A stretch of 64,000 nt of DNA from Octopus vulgaris (lineage: Eukaryota): the NCBI GenBank assembly GCA_951406725.2, contig OX597823.1:41540001-41604000 (forward strand), written 5' to 3'. Below the pieces are notes generated by a model. The model searched no databases, was not told the DNA's origin, and was given only the letters and a program-made list of their open reading frames with translations. Both the position numbers and the translations under genes were made by a program. Numbering within the stretch: position 1 is the first letter of the stretch; every line of letters starts with the position of its first letter. Shown here one piece after another: positions 13,768 to 26,261 of this stretch.

Positions 13768-14155
13768 ACTGGAAGCACTCCGTCAGTTATGACGATGAGG
13801 GTTCCGGTTGATCCGAATCAACGGAACAGCCTGCTCATGAAATTAATGTGTAAGTGGCTGAGCATTCCACTGACACATGTACCCTTAACGTAGTTCTCGG
13901 GGATATTCAGCGTGACACAGAGAGTGACAAGGCCGGCCCTTTGAAATACAGGTACAACAGAAACAGGAAGTAAGAGTGAGAGAAAGTTGTGGTGAAAGAG
14001 TACAGCAGGGATCACCACCATCCCCTGCCGGAGCCTTGTGGAACTTTTAGGTGTTTTCGCTCAATAAACACTCACAATGCCCGGTCTGGGAATTGAAACC
14101 GCGATCCTATGACCGCGAGTCCGCTGCCCTAATCACTGGGCCATTGCGCCTCCAC
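13768..14155 (-). mobile_element. tRNA-headed SINE family C (tail type 1), full length, young
   Basis: Minus-strand head gtggaggcgcaatggcccagtgattagggcagcggactcgcggtcataggatcgcggtttcaattcccagacc (A/B boxes); 30-bp flanking duplication. Confidence 0.9.
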
Positions 14156-14417
14156 GGAATCGTATTACTCTAGTACTGACTTAGTACCATTCTAATACTA
14201 ACCTAGTTGTAGTCAAGAACTACTGAAGTGCTAGTCCAGCACTATTCTATTACTATTCTTGTACAAGACTACTAATAACCTAGTTCTAGTGCAAGACTAG
14301 TCTGCAACTACTGTAATATTAGATTGCAACTAGTCTATTGATACTCAGTGCACATCTAGCATTACACTAGCATTACTCTCATGTTAGTGAGGTACTCATT
14401 TAATATTAGTCTTGAAG

Positions 14418-14635
14418 TAAGGTGGTGAGCTGGCAGAACTGTTAGCACACTGGACGAAATGCTAAGTGGTATTATGTCTGTCTTTATGTTCTGAGTTCAA
14501 ATTCCCCCCGAGGTCAACCTTGCTTTTTATCCTTTTGGGGGTCGATAAATTAAGTACCAGCTACATACTGGGGTTGATCTACTCGACTGGCCCTCTGCCT
14601 CAAAATTTCAGGCCTTGTGCCCATAGTAGAAAAGA
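14418..14635 (+). mobile_element. SINE family A
   Basis: aaggtggtgagctggcagaa...gagttcaaattcc...ggggtcgataaattaagtaccag. Confidence 0.85.
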
Positions 14636-14932
14636 ATATTAGCCTTGAAGTAGGGATGATCTAATTGATAGTATCAGCGTTAAATTTTGTTTTCTACATT
14701 ATTAATCATCGTTGGTCGTGGATTGGCACAATCATTAGAGCATCAGAAAAAATTGCTTACACTATGTTTTTATGGCTCTTTATATTCTGAGTTCAAATTT
14801 CACCATAGCCAGCTTAATATTTTATTCTTTAGGTGTCAATAAAATCAAGCACTGGTCAAGTACTTGGGTTAATGTAACCTGCTAACTCTCACCCATCAAA
14901 TTTTCTGGCATTGTACCTAAATTAAAAATTGT

Positions 14933-15091
14933 TGTAGGAGTGGCTGTGAGGTAAGAAGCTTGCTTCTTGACCACATGATTCTGGGTTCAGTCCCACTGTG
15001 TGGTACCTTGAGCAAGTGTCTTCTACCATAGCCTTGGACTGACCAAAGCCTTGTGAATGGATTTGGTGGATGGAAACTGAAAGAAGCCCAT

Positions 15092-15140
<49 letters not shown>

Positions 15141-15340
15141 GTGTGTATGTATGTATTTGTGTGTCTGTGTTTGTCTCCCTCCATTGCTTGACGAGCAATG
15201 TTGGTGTGTTTACATCCCTGTAACTTAGTGGTTTGGCAAAAGAGACCAATAGAAGAATAAGTATTAGGCTTACATATCAATTTGTTGGTGCTCCAGTATG
15301 GCCACAGTCAAATGACTGAAAGCAAAAGAGCAGAAGAGTA
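14933..15340 (+). mobile_element. SINE family B with internal (TA)/(TG) tract
   Basis: ggagtggctgtgaggtaagaagcttgc...gggttcagtcccactg...ccttgagcaagtgtcttctac (CORE-like) ...gtcaaatgactgaaa. Confidence 0.85.
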
Positions 15341-16436
15341 TATAATTTGCTTATATTTCTAGTGGGGAGGGAGAGAGAGATAGATATATATAGAGAGAGA
15401 GGGAGAGAAGGAGAGGAAAGAGAAAAAGAAGAGAGAATAGGAGTTAGTTAAAGTTAGAAAAAAGAGAGAGGAAGAGAAAATGTTTGGTGAAGCAATTGAA
15501 AACCAGAGAGCGAGAAAGAAAGAAGGAAAGAAAATAGGCAAAAAACACAAATAATGATATCACATAGTCACATGCTAACAGCGCACAAATCCACTGATGC
15601 GTGGGGTATTGAGAAGAATAAATTATTCCTGATGCTGAGGTTAAACAAAACATATAACTTATAATTGATAAATTTAACAAATATAAATTATAATGGCTAA
15701 ACATTTTTTGCAAACATGAATGTTGCAGTTATGTTCGTATAGCCTTCATTGTTTGTCCACATAAACAATTATCTTCCAGTATTTCTTTATTTCTATTAAA
15801 TATTTGTTTTTGCAAATATTTCATGATATTTTCAGCAGATAAGCTGCTAAATAAATTTATTATTGGAGCTAAATCTGGCTATAATTTTTAAATTAAATAA
15901 AAACAATTTCTTAGAGAAACAAATAAACAGAGAAATAAAAATAAAAATTGTTTCTTCAAAAATTCACTGGTGTTCTTGCTGATCTTTTCAATATTCCATA
16001 TGTTGCTTACCTTTGCAAAACTAAATCAGTTTCTAGGTATTGTTTATTATGTTATGCTTTTTCTTTACACACGATCACCATTATAGTTGTTCTCAACATC
16101 ATCATCATCAACATCATCATCATCATCATCATCACTGTTTTAACATTTACTTTTCCATGGGCCAGACGAGACTGCATTGCAGCAGAGTTTCTATATGTGT
16201 ATAATGCCCTATCTGATACCAACCCTCACCTGTTTCCAAGCAAAGTAATAAGAACTGCTCCCTATAGAACATAAAAAGAAACATGCCAAGAAATGTCATG
16301 ATGCTGGGATGTGCTTTCACAGAGGACTGCAAGCAAAGGCCATCAACTCTGTAAACACTGAAGTCTTTGTTTACCATAAGTGAATACAAGTGAAAATTAA
16401 GAGAAACACAAAGTCTCTCTCTCTATCTCATGCATG

Positions 16437-16467
<31 letters not shown>

Positions 16468-16892
16468 ACTATCTCAATCATCATTTATTGGTGATGTTCC
16501 ATGGTGACATGCATCAGATGGTGCTCCACTATCTACTTTGATTTGGTGTCTATGGTTGGATGTCTTTCCTGATGCCACCCATTTTACAGAGTACGTTTTA
16601 CATGGTGCCTTTTTCTTTTTGACACCAGCAATAGTGAGGTCATCTTGTCATTTGCATGACCATTAATCCTGAGAGGTTGACTTTATGCCGGGATATGGCA
16701 GGTTTCAGCATGAAAGAAGGGGCCTGAGTAGAACATGTTTCTTGCTGTAAAGGTGAGATACATGGCAACTCTCATTTTAAAAGGAGACGAAAGGATTAAT
16801 CAGAAATGGAAAGACGCCATTGACAGCAGAATTAAACTGGATATATAAATCTCTGTTCTCCTTATTTTATTTATTTATTTATTTTATTTATG

Positions 16893-17152
16893 CGCCCTTT
16901 TCAAGCCTAGCCAGGTTCATGGGTCCCGTTTCCCTGTTTCTGTGGCATATGTGTTCCCTCCTGCTGGACAGGACGCCAGTCCATTGCAGCACTGCTCAAG
17001 AAACAAGAAGAGAGAGTGAGAGAAAGTTGGGGTGAAGAGTACAACAAGGTGTTTTTGCTCACTAAACACACACAATGCCTGGTCTGGGAATCGAAGCCGC
17101 AATCCTTCGACCACGAGTCCGCTGCCCTAATCACTGGGCCATTGCTGCTCCA
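16893..17152 (-). mobile_element. SINE family C (tail type 2)
   Basis: Same head as 13768-14155 and same tail as 10065-10370; (ttta)n tail and short TSD ctccttatt. Confidence 0.8.
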
Positions 17153-18059
17153 CCTCCTTATTATTAATATGTATACATAGATACATATATATATATATGA
17201 TGATAATAATAATAATAATAATAATCATTGGATGGGATTTAGAAATATTTTAATGCCTTGCTACACACGTTTCCACAAGTTACATATTTCTTTAGTTCAT
17301 AGTCCATATTCCTGGGATGATTACAGAACAGTCTGTATTGTCCATAGACATAGGGTACATCATGTTCATGCATTCATTTCTTCAGGCAATATACATATAT
17401 AGGTGGGGTTTTTCAGCTTTATTTGTCAGTTTCATTGATAAGGTATTGGTCAACTCACAGCTATAGTAAAGGAAGCTAGCCAACAATGACCATGCATTGG
17501 GATTGAACCCTTAACCATGTGGTAACAGCTCTTAATGAAGCATGGCTCTTAGTCACACAGCCATGTTTGTGTAGTGCATATGACATATATATGCCAATGA
17601 TTTTGTACTATATTTCTATTTTAATTAATCAGATACACTATAACAGATTCCTGTTAAACACTACAAGTATTTATAATAAACATGAACACACACACTTACA
17701 CACACACACATGTAATACATGCATATGACAGTTATTGTTGGAAGGTGTAGGAGTCTTGTCATTCTTACTAACCTGTTGGTTCATGAAAAATTAATTTATC
17801 AGTTACATGCCAAAACAATTTTCATACCAAAATCCTCATTGTCATAGATTAATGGCCATTTTCCCATGTTTGCATGGGGCTGACAGAATTTTGGGGGACA
17901 TAGTTTCTACAGACACATGTCCTTTTACAAGTAAGGTAAATATTTTCCCATTAGAAGACTATGAATAAACATTACATGCTAGTGCTGCTTGTTTAAAATC
18001 ATCATGTGATGTCAAGACAAGGGTACACACAGACACACATACATACAATATGAAACAGG

Positions 18060-18583
18060 TTTTGGTAGAATTCTGGTTTAAGTACCTCAGATAACCCCTT
18101 GTAACATTTTTTTATTTTTTGGAATTTTCAGAAAAGTTTTGTTTATTTATGTTCTACACACGGGAATTTATACGAGTATGCAACAAGAAGTTTTGTGTAT
18201 GTGTGATTTTGTGTGAGAGATTTAATTTTTGATTTTAGCACATCCCACAACCACCTCAAACCTTTCTTGTTTCATTGTTACTCTGACATGTATTGATGGT
18301 TTTCAATATTTTTCTCCCCAGAAATACATTTAATGGAATGATGACGTGTGCAAGGGTATTTTAAACTCTGATTTTTAAAAATTTTGAAAAAGAGTGGACA
18401 TTTTAGGATTCATGAGTTGGTGGAAGGGGTAAAGGTGTTAAATAAATTAGAAGAAATGTTTTTTGGCATAATTGTATGAATTCCTCTGTGCGAAACACAA
18501 ATTCATAAAACTTTTCTGAAAATTCCATAAAATAAAAAGTTACAAGGGGTTATATGGGGTGCTCAAATCAAAATTCTTCCCAG
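18060..18583. mobile_element. Fold-back MITE with ~130-bp imperfect terminal inverted repeats
   Basis: ataaccccttgtaac...ggaattttcagaaaagtttt (18060-18190) is the reverse complement of aaaacttttctgaaaattcc...gttacaaggggttat (18455-18583). Confidence 0.8.
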
Positions 18584-19337
18584 ATTTCTTTTAACTTCTA
18601 TCAACTAAATCCACTCACTTGCTTTGGTTGGCTTAAGAATGGAGTAGAAGACACTTGCCCAAGGTGCCATGCAGTGGGACTGAACCAGAAACCATATGGT
18701 TGGGAAGCAACATCTTTATCCACACAGCCATGCCTGCACATATTCAGCCCTGAGTAATATAGAACAGTAATAAAATTTGAGTAATATTGCTTTCTTTAAT
18801 AAGATTTTAGAATATTTATTTAATCATATGTAAAAATATCAAATATCTGACATATATAATATAACATAATTTTATGAGGAATTTACAATATTTTTACATT
18901 CACAGAAATGTTACCACCTCTTCATTTTGTAAATCCACCTCCTTCTAATTCAATAATTAGCTTTCGTTTATTAAATTTTCTTTTAATCTTTTGATTGCCT
19001 ATATGAACTCTTTAATATTTCACATAAAAATAGCTTCAGTAGTAATAATGATGATGATGATGATGATGACAGTGACACTCTACATAATTATGAACATTTC
19101 ATCTGCTCAGATTCAGTTAGTCTGTTTAGTTTATATTGTTGACAGATGATTTTAAACTATCATCGTTAATTATCATAATGATTAAAATCACTATTGTCAC
19201 TGTGTACAGACTTGTCAGCATTGCAGTCATCATCTTTGTTAATGTATTCATTAATGTTACCATTCTCATCGGCATCAATCATGGGTGATACAATAGAAAT
19301 CTTTGTGATGAACTAGGCATATGGCAATGTTCAAATA

Positions 19338-19345
19338 CAATAATG

Positions 19346-19401
<56 letters not shown>

Positions 19402-19624
19402 CCCTTCTGCTGTAGGCACAAGGCCTGAAATTTGAAGGAGGGAGGATTAGTCAATTATATCGACCCCGCCCACTCCCAGTGTTTCATTGGTACTTACTTT
19501 ATTGACTCTGAAAGGATGAAAGGCAAAGTCAACCATGGCAGAATTTGAACTCGGAACATAAAGACAGATGAAATGCTGCTAAACATTTCATCCAGCATGC
19601 TAATGATTCTGCCAGCTGACTACC

Positions 19625-19691
<67 letters not shown>

Positions 19692-20360
19692 TGATGATAA
19701 TAATAATAATAATAATTCTTTCTAACATAGACTCAAGGCCTGAGATTTCAAGTGAGGGATTAGTGAATTACATTGACAACAGTGCTTAAATCGTACTTAT
19801 TTTATTGACCTAAAAGAAAATGAAAGGCAAGGATAACCTCAGCAATGTTTGAACTCAGAACATAAAGATCTGAAAGAAATGCCACTCAGCATTTTGTCTG
19901 TTGTGCTAACAATGCTGCCGCTTTCTAATTTTGGTACAAGGTCAGCAATTTTGAAGGAAGTAGATTGGTCAATACTATCAAAATTGATTGATACTTTATT
20001 TTATTGGTCTTGAAAGGATGAAAGGCAAAGCTGACTGACCTCAGTGGAATGTGAACTGCAAATGTAAACAGCTAGAAGAAATGCTCCTAAGTATTTTACC
20101 CAACAATGTTCTAATAATTCTGCCATTCTTCTGCCTTTATAATAATAATTCTTCCAAAGTTTTTTGCACAAGGCCAACAATTTTGAGGAGTCAGGGCTTG
20201 TCAGTTATATCAGGCCTAAGACTTGATGGGTATTTTGTTTTATCAACCCTCAAAACGATGAAAGACAAAGTTGGCCCAAGCAACATTTGAAATCAAAACA
20301 CAAAGATCCTGAAGAAATGTCCATTAAGCATTTTGTTTGTCAAACTAATGCACACCACCT
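19338..20360 (-). mobile_element. Head-to-tail array of four family A SINEs embedded in (AAT)n tracts
   Basis: Copies at ~19401-19627, 19717-19921, 19922-20137 and 20150-20360, all minus strand, mostly separated by aat repeats. Confidence 0.8.
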
Positions 20361-20407
20361 TCATCACATACAGTGTGCTGGTCCACTAAAAAAAGGTAAA
20401 GTAAAGA

Positions 20408-20728
20408 CCCCCTTCAATCATGAATGACCATAGGATTGCACCTAGAAAGTTCCCCTCCAAGGTACAAGTCCAGACAAGGTTGTTTGTGGAAGACCAACAG
20501 TTGCCCATGCATACCAGGTTCTCCTCTCCATGCCACCGATGTTATCCAAGGGACAGGTAAAGGCTGATACAGCTTGGAACCAGTGACATTGCAACACATT
20601 TCTATAGCTGAGTGAACTGGAGCAACATGAAATACAGTGTCTTGCTCAAGAGCACAACACACAGCCAAGCTCTGGAATTGAACTCACTACCTCGTGATTG
20701 TGAGCCCAACACTTTAACCACTGAGCCA
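20408..20728 (-). mobile_element. tRNA-headed SINE with CORE/V-like centre (tail type 4)
   Basis: Minus head tggctcagtggttaaagtgttgggctcacaatc..gagttcaattcc, centre gtgctcttgagcaagacact; homologous to 39050-39363. Confidence 0.8.
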
Positions 20729-21187
20729 TACACCAAGTCACTGTAAAGGGTAAAATGATGACAGAAAGAAGCAATAAGTAAAGAAAGAGAGCAAGACAAG
20801 CAAATGTGCATGCATATGCACCCAAGATAAAACACAAGAAGAGAGAAAAGTGAACAATAAAAGCCCGCAAGGATGAAAGTGCGGATAAGCATGTCAGATG
20901 TAATGTTGGTGAATTACAGGGATAATAGAATATTTAAGAGGGGAATTGGATGTCACAGCATCTCATTTTTCTTCTAAAAATATTTTTACTTATGCTGATT
21001 TAATAAAATAAATTGTTATCTGTGCCATTTTAGCTGCTTTATAGTCCACTAGGAATAGTAATAAACTAGAGTACACAACCACAGCATTAGTAGTGGAATC
21101 ATTATACTCATAGGTAGCTGAGCCAGGTAAGTGACCACAATTTAAGATGGCACTGATTGTTAATGGTAAATTTCTTATAAGTTCAGA

Positions 21188-21437
21188 TAAGGCGGTGAGC
21201 AGAAAAGGCGGTGAACTGGCAGAATCGTTTGCACGTCGGGTGAAATGCTTAGCGGTATTTCGTCTATCGCTACATTCTGAGTTCAAATTCCACGAGGTCG
21301 ACTTTGCCTTTCATCCATTCGGGGTCGATTAAATAAGTACCAGTTACGCACTGGGGTCGATACAATCGACTTAATCCGTTCGTCTGTCCTTGTTCGTCCC
21401 CCTCTGTGTTTAGCCCCTTGTGGGTAGTAAAGAAATA
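21188..21437 (+). mobile_element. SINE family A, full length, 23-bp TSD
   Basis: TSD ggtaaatttcttataagttcaga at 21165-21187 and 21438-21460; CpGs retained. Confidence 0.9.
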
Positions 21438-21460
21438 GGTAAATTTCTTATAAGTTCAGA

Positions 21461-21855
21461 CATGTCTGTGTGATTGAGAATCTTAATTGGCAACCGTAGG
21501 ATTTTGGGTTCAGTCCCACTGAGCAGCACCTTGGACAACAGTCTTCTGCAATAGCCTTATACCAACCAATGCCATGTGAGTGAACTTGGTAGAAAGAAAG
21601 AAAAGTTGTGAAAGCTTGTCATATATGTGTGTAAATGTGTCTTTGCATCTGTGTCTATTCCACTGCTTTGCTTGATAACCAATGCTGGTTTGTTTTTGGC
21701 CCTATAAATTAGTGGTTCAGTTCAAAAGATCTCTATGGTAAATACCAGAATTAAAAAGAAAAATAAATATTGGGGTAATTTTTTTCACCTAAAACCCTTC
21801 AATGCATCAATCCAGCATGGCTGCAGTACAATGACTAAAACAACTAAAAGAAAAT
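21461..21855 (+). mobile_element. SINE family B, old copy
   Basis: gggttcagtcccactg...ccagcatggctgcagtacaatgactaaaacaa. Confidence 0.7.
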
Positions 21856-22926
21856 AATGTAAAACAATTCTGAAGAGTTGTAATTGGTCAAATCGATATT
21901 GTGTTAGTATCTCAACTGAAATATACGAGTTTACATACTTTAGCCAAATCTGTGAACTTCTCTTTGTTATCTAGCAGTAGCTGACCATCAATGAAAATGG
22001 TTAGATTGGTTGATAGATTGATAACGGGAAGATAGATAAATAGATAGATAGATAGAAAGATAGATAGATAGAGAGAGAGAGAGAGAGGCAAACAGACAGA
22101 GACAAAGATAGAGACAGAGAATAGAAAAAGGTACCCCAAATAAATCGGAAATTGAGAGAAAGTCAATAGTTTACATTGCTAAGATCAAACCATTTCATAA
22201 AAGAAATGAATGATAAAATGTCATTCTCCTGAAATAAGAAATAATCAGTCCTTGTTCAGTATAATCAGCTGAATAGCAATAAATATCTGTATGATTATTA
22301 TTCTGAGCTGTCATTATCTCTGAATTTCAGATTTTTAAATTTGCATTAACATATTCTCGCAAATGGATTAGAAGTGAGGATGTTATGACATCCACTTGAG
22401 GCTATTTCTCAGTTCACATGTCTAAAAATGAAAAGAAAAAAACACCATAAAATTTTCATAGGACCATTCGTAATTTAATGTTAAAATGTCATTTTAACAA
22501 CAGAGGGGGTTATAATGAAACTTCTTTTTCGTGGTAATGCTTTAATAGCTGATAAGAAGAAAATCTCTTTGTAGTTAGTGGTGTGATCATACTTGAATGA
22601 TAGGAAGGAGAGAATCTCTAAATATATTTGCAAGCTAACTTACATACTGGCCCTGATAACCTTGTTTGTGATAAGAGTTGTAAGAAAATAGCATAAAGGC
22701 AAGTGGAGAGAGGGCAGGAGCAGAAAGGAAGGAAAAAAAAAATAGAGAAATGTAAAAGAAAAACCTTTTCTTTCGACCAGAAAGGCAACTTCACTGTTAT
22801 AAGCATTTTTCTTCATCTCTGATACTTTAATCTTCAGTTGCTCAGCTTAGGCTGATTGACCCTCTGAAGAATGTGAGATGATGATAATAGGTTTAATTTT
22901 CTTTATATTTGGAATTCATAACACAG

Positions 22927-23088
22927 GCAGGTGATATGAACAAAGAAATAGAAGCAAAAGGCCATCGTCCTATAGTTGTGGCTTCAAAGATTATTAAAAG
23001 TATGCGTCCTTCTCATTTGATTTCTGTCAAGGAGTTTCTAAATAAAGAGGATAGAGATTCTTTGTCTAAACTGCAATCTGGAATATAA
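22927..23088 (+). CDS. Candidate host-gene exon (unidentified)
   Basis: Pyrimidine-rich region then cag|GCAG acceptor; non-repetitive frame AGDMNKEIEAKGHRPIVVASKIIKSMRPSHLISVKEFLNKEDRDSLSKLQSGI*; possible donor at 23000 (gtatgc). Confidence 0.25.
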   Translation, partial: AGDMNKEIEAKGHRPIVVASKIIKSMRPSHLISVKEFLNKEDRDSLSKLQSGI

Positions 23089-23865
23089 ATTCAATCAAAA
23101 ATTGGAATAGCTTTTCATAGCTACTATCAGTCAAAAGTGTCACAAGCTGTATATAGTGAAGAATATGTCCAATTCTCTTCAAAAATTTCACATGTGGTAG
23201 TGAAAAATCTAGTGACCTGGAGATTAATCAATTTGGATTATATTCTCAAGTATTACAACAAAAGAAATTGGTCCATTTTGGCACTTAATATCTAGAAGCA
23301 CATATTAGTTTCTTTTCACTACTTTCACCCATTGAATCAAAATGTATCTGGACAGTCAGAGTATATATTTTCAGTTACCATATTTTCAATTAATCATCTT
23401 GGCATTTTAGCAGCTACAATTAATGCCTATATACTGCTCACCACAATAACACTCAGCCCATACGTTAGTATATACTGCAGTGTATAATAATAAGGCATAC
23501 TGAACAGTTTAGAGCAGATGATATATAACTACACATATAGACAAAGCTGTAAGGTTATGAGCCTTGCTTTCTAACTAAGTGGTCTTAGGTTCAACTTCAA
23601 TGTGTCGCACCTTGAGCAATTATCTTCTACTATAATCTGGGCTAACTAAAGCCTTTTGAATGAATTTGGTAGACAGAAAGTGGAAGAGGCCTGTCATATA
23701 TTTATATGTGTATACATATACATAAATATATATATGTCCTTCATCTCCATGTGAGAACATGTCTGGTAATGGGAAAATATTACCTTACTTGGAAGCAGGA
23801 GAGTGATGGTGACAGAAAAATCTGTCTGCTTCAGGCAAGCAGAGAAAAGTTAAATGATGATGATG

Positions 23866-23907
<42 letters not shown>

Positions 23908-23919
23908 GTAGATAGATGA

Positions 23920-24178
23920 CATGATCTTGTAACTGACCAGACTATCAGATGTTGTTTACAAGCCACTGGTCACAATGCGCTTTTTGCATCATTTTAGTTT
24001 TCAAGAGATGCCATCCTATTGGTTAGGTTGGCAGGTCAACATTACTCCCAATTTAAAGGAAGACTTCAGCAACATGATAAATATTTTGCTCATGAACACA
24101 ATGCACTGCCAGTCTGGGAATCAAACCCATGATCTAGTGATTGAAGAGTGCTACACTCTAACCACTAGGTCACACACC
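23920..24178 (-). mobile_element. SINE family C (tail type 3), old
   Basis: gaccagactatcagatgttg...ggtcacaatgcg tail shared with 37024-37335; minus head cctagtggttagagtg. Confidence 0.7.
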
Positions 24179-24602
24179 TTTACTATGTGTGTGTGTGTAA
24201 CACACATCACTACACAAAATTATGCACTAGGTTACTTATACACACATACACACACAAAGGCCACATAATCTTAAGCTCACCCACACAAACACGCACTCAC
24301 CCCCATTCACACACACACCATTCTCATATACACACATGCGCTTGTGCACTGTAGTTCAACTGGTTCACTGTTATTGTCTTCTTTTCGCTCAGCCAATTTC
24401 TTCTGATCATTTTATGTTGAATTGTTAATCCCTACAGATTTTCTCTCCCTCTCCTTTTTTTGTTCTTCATTTATTTTCCTCTCAATCCTTTCTCTCAAAG
24501 TGCACAGGCTTGAAACATCAAAGACTTTTCACTTCTTCTTCAGTGTCAAACTTGCTTGTTATTTCCTTACCTGCTTCCATCTTTTTTTTATGCAAATTTG
24601 AA

Positions 24603-25844
24603 GACAAAAGTAAATAGACACCCTTATAATCATTAAAATTTATTCAAATCTGAAATTATACATTCAAATTATTTGTTAATTATTATAATGTGAATATCTA
24701 ATACTTAGTAGACATACATGCCCTTTGCATTTTCCAGTGCAAGAACCCTATTAGGCATGCTACAGATCAGATGACGAATATTCTATTAAGGAATTTCTTG
24801 CCAAGTTGCATGCAGTAATCTCAAAACAATCTGGATTTGAAGATGCTTTCTTTTTCTGTTTATGAAGTGCCCTGTCCATTTATGCCCCAGAGGTGTTCAA
24901 TAAGGTTCATATCTGGTGACTGGCTTGGTCTTGGAAGCTTTCTAATGCCATTCTCTTCTAACCAATCTTGGGTCTTTTTGGCTGTATGACAAGAAGCCCC
25001 GTCTTCCATCAATAGATAGTTTTCTTTAATCATTTCATCACTGGAAAAGATTGGAAGAAGTCCTTTCTGCAATATGGACACATATTTATCTGAGTTTATC
25101 TTTCCCTCACACTCCACCGGCTCTGATTGACTATTGCTCCAAATTTCTCCCTAGACTATCACAGAATAGCCAACATGTTTCATTGTTGGCTGCAACCTTT
25201 TTGTGTCAATTTCTTGATCACAGTCTCCAGACCCACATTCGACCACTGTCAGAAAATATAGCAAATCTGGACTCATCAGAGAATATGACATTGTACCAAA
25301 ATGCTAGTGACCTCTCCGCCAGCTCACTGGCCCATTTTTTTCTCTGCTTTTTATTTGCTGTTTGAAGAAGTGGTTTCCTTCTTGCTGCTCTGCCATAGTA
25401 GCTATGTTTGTGGAGATACCTGACAGCTGTTCTGGAACTGACATCAAAATGTTTTGTTATGTCAGAGGCCTTGCAATGATTATAATCCTCTACACTTCTC
25501 TTAACAAAGGGAAGGGTCCTGCCTTAGTCGACCTGTGCAAGGTGATGTGGACTCCTTCTCCTCTCTTGTGAATTGCTCAATCACTCTATTAACTGTAGAA
25601 AGTGGGATCCCATTGTGTTCTACGATTTTACACTGACTAAGTCCACCTTCAGATTAACCCACAATATGGCCTCTTTAAAATTCAGACAGTTCCAGGGCTT
25701 CTTTTGTATATGGCATGATTAAACAGTCACCTATAGAACCTGAAACATAAAAATGTCAACTAATAAAAAATATAAACGTTTCCAAGTTAAGACAAACATA
25801 AAACGATGTTTAACAGGGTGGCTATTTACTTCTTTCATGTCTGT

Positions 25845-25847
<3 letters not shown>
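24603..25847 (-). mobile_element. Tc1-family DNA transposon, near full length, decayed
   Basis: TIR remnants gacaaaagtaaatagacaccct (24603-24624) and agggtggctatttacttctttcatgtctgtgTA (25815-25847) flank a transposase pseudogene. Confidence 0.85.
24698..25716 (-). pseudogene. Tc1 DD34E transposase pseudogene
   Basis: N-terminus MPYTKEALELSEF*RGHIVG..(paired-like HTH), VIFSDESRF, EDGASCH-(34 aa)-SPDMNLIEHLW, C-terminus SMPNRVLALENAKG; internal stops and frameshifts. Confidence 0.9.
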
Positions 25848-25879
<32 letters not shown>

Positions 25880-26155
25880 AATGTCAAGCAACAAGAATGA
25901 GGTTCAACACTGCATTGGTGGATAACATTTCTTTATTTGTGTATTAAGACTTTTTATTTATTCGTGTATTATTGGTTTCATGCTTAAAAATATATCTGAA
26001 TGTCTTAGCAATTTCTCAAGCTGATCACATGGAGGACTGGTGTTTCTATCCAAAATAGAGATGAACACCATTCCTCCATGTGATTGGCTTGAACAGTTAA
26101 GATATTAATATATTTTCTTAAAATGAAACCAACGGTAGCCTTAACACACAAATAA

Positions 26156-26157
<2 letters not shown>

Positions 26158-26241
<84 letters not shown>
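26158..26241. repeat. (TA)n microsatellite
   Basis: Direct reading. Confidence 0.95.
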
Positions 26242-26243
<2 letters not shown>

Positions 26244-26261
26244 TGAGTATACAGTTATTAT

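Noticed and set aside
14085-14155. tRNA-like sequence (also at 37024, 10300, 17090, 20660 and 46305)
   Set aside because: These are SINE heads continuing into SINE bodies, not stand-alone tRNA genes
24490-24530. ggcttgaaacatcaaagac, resembling a decayed hammerhead 3' core
   Set aside because: 5' core and stems too degraded to support
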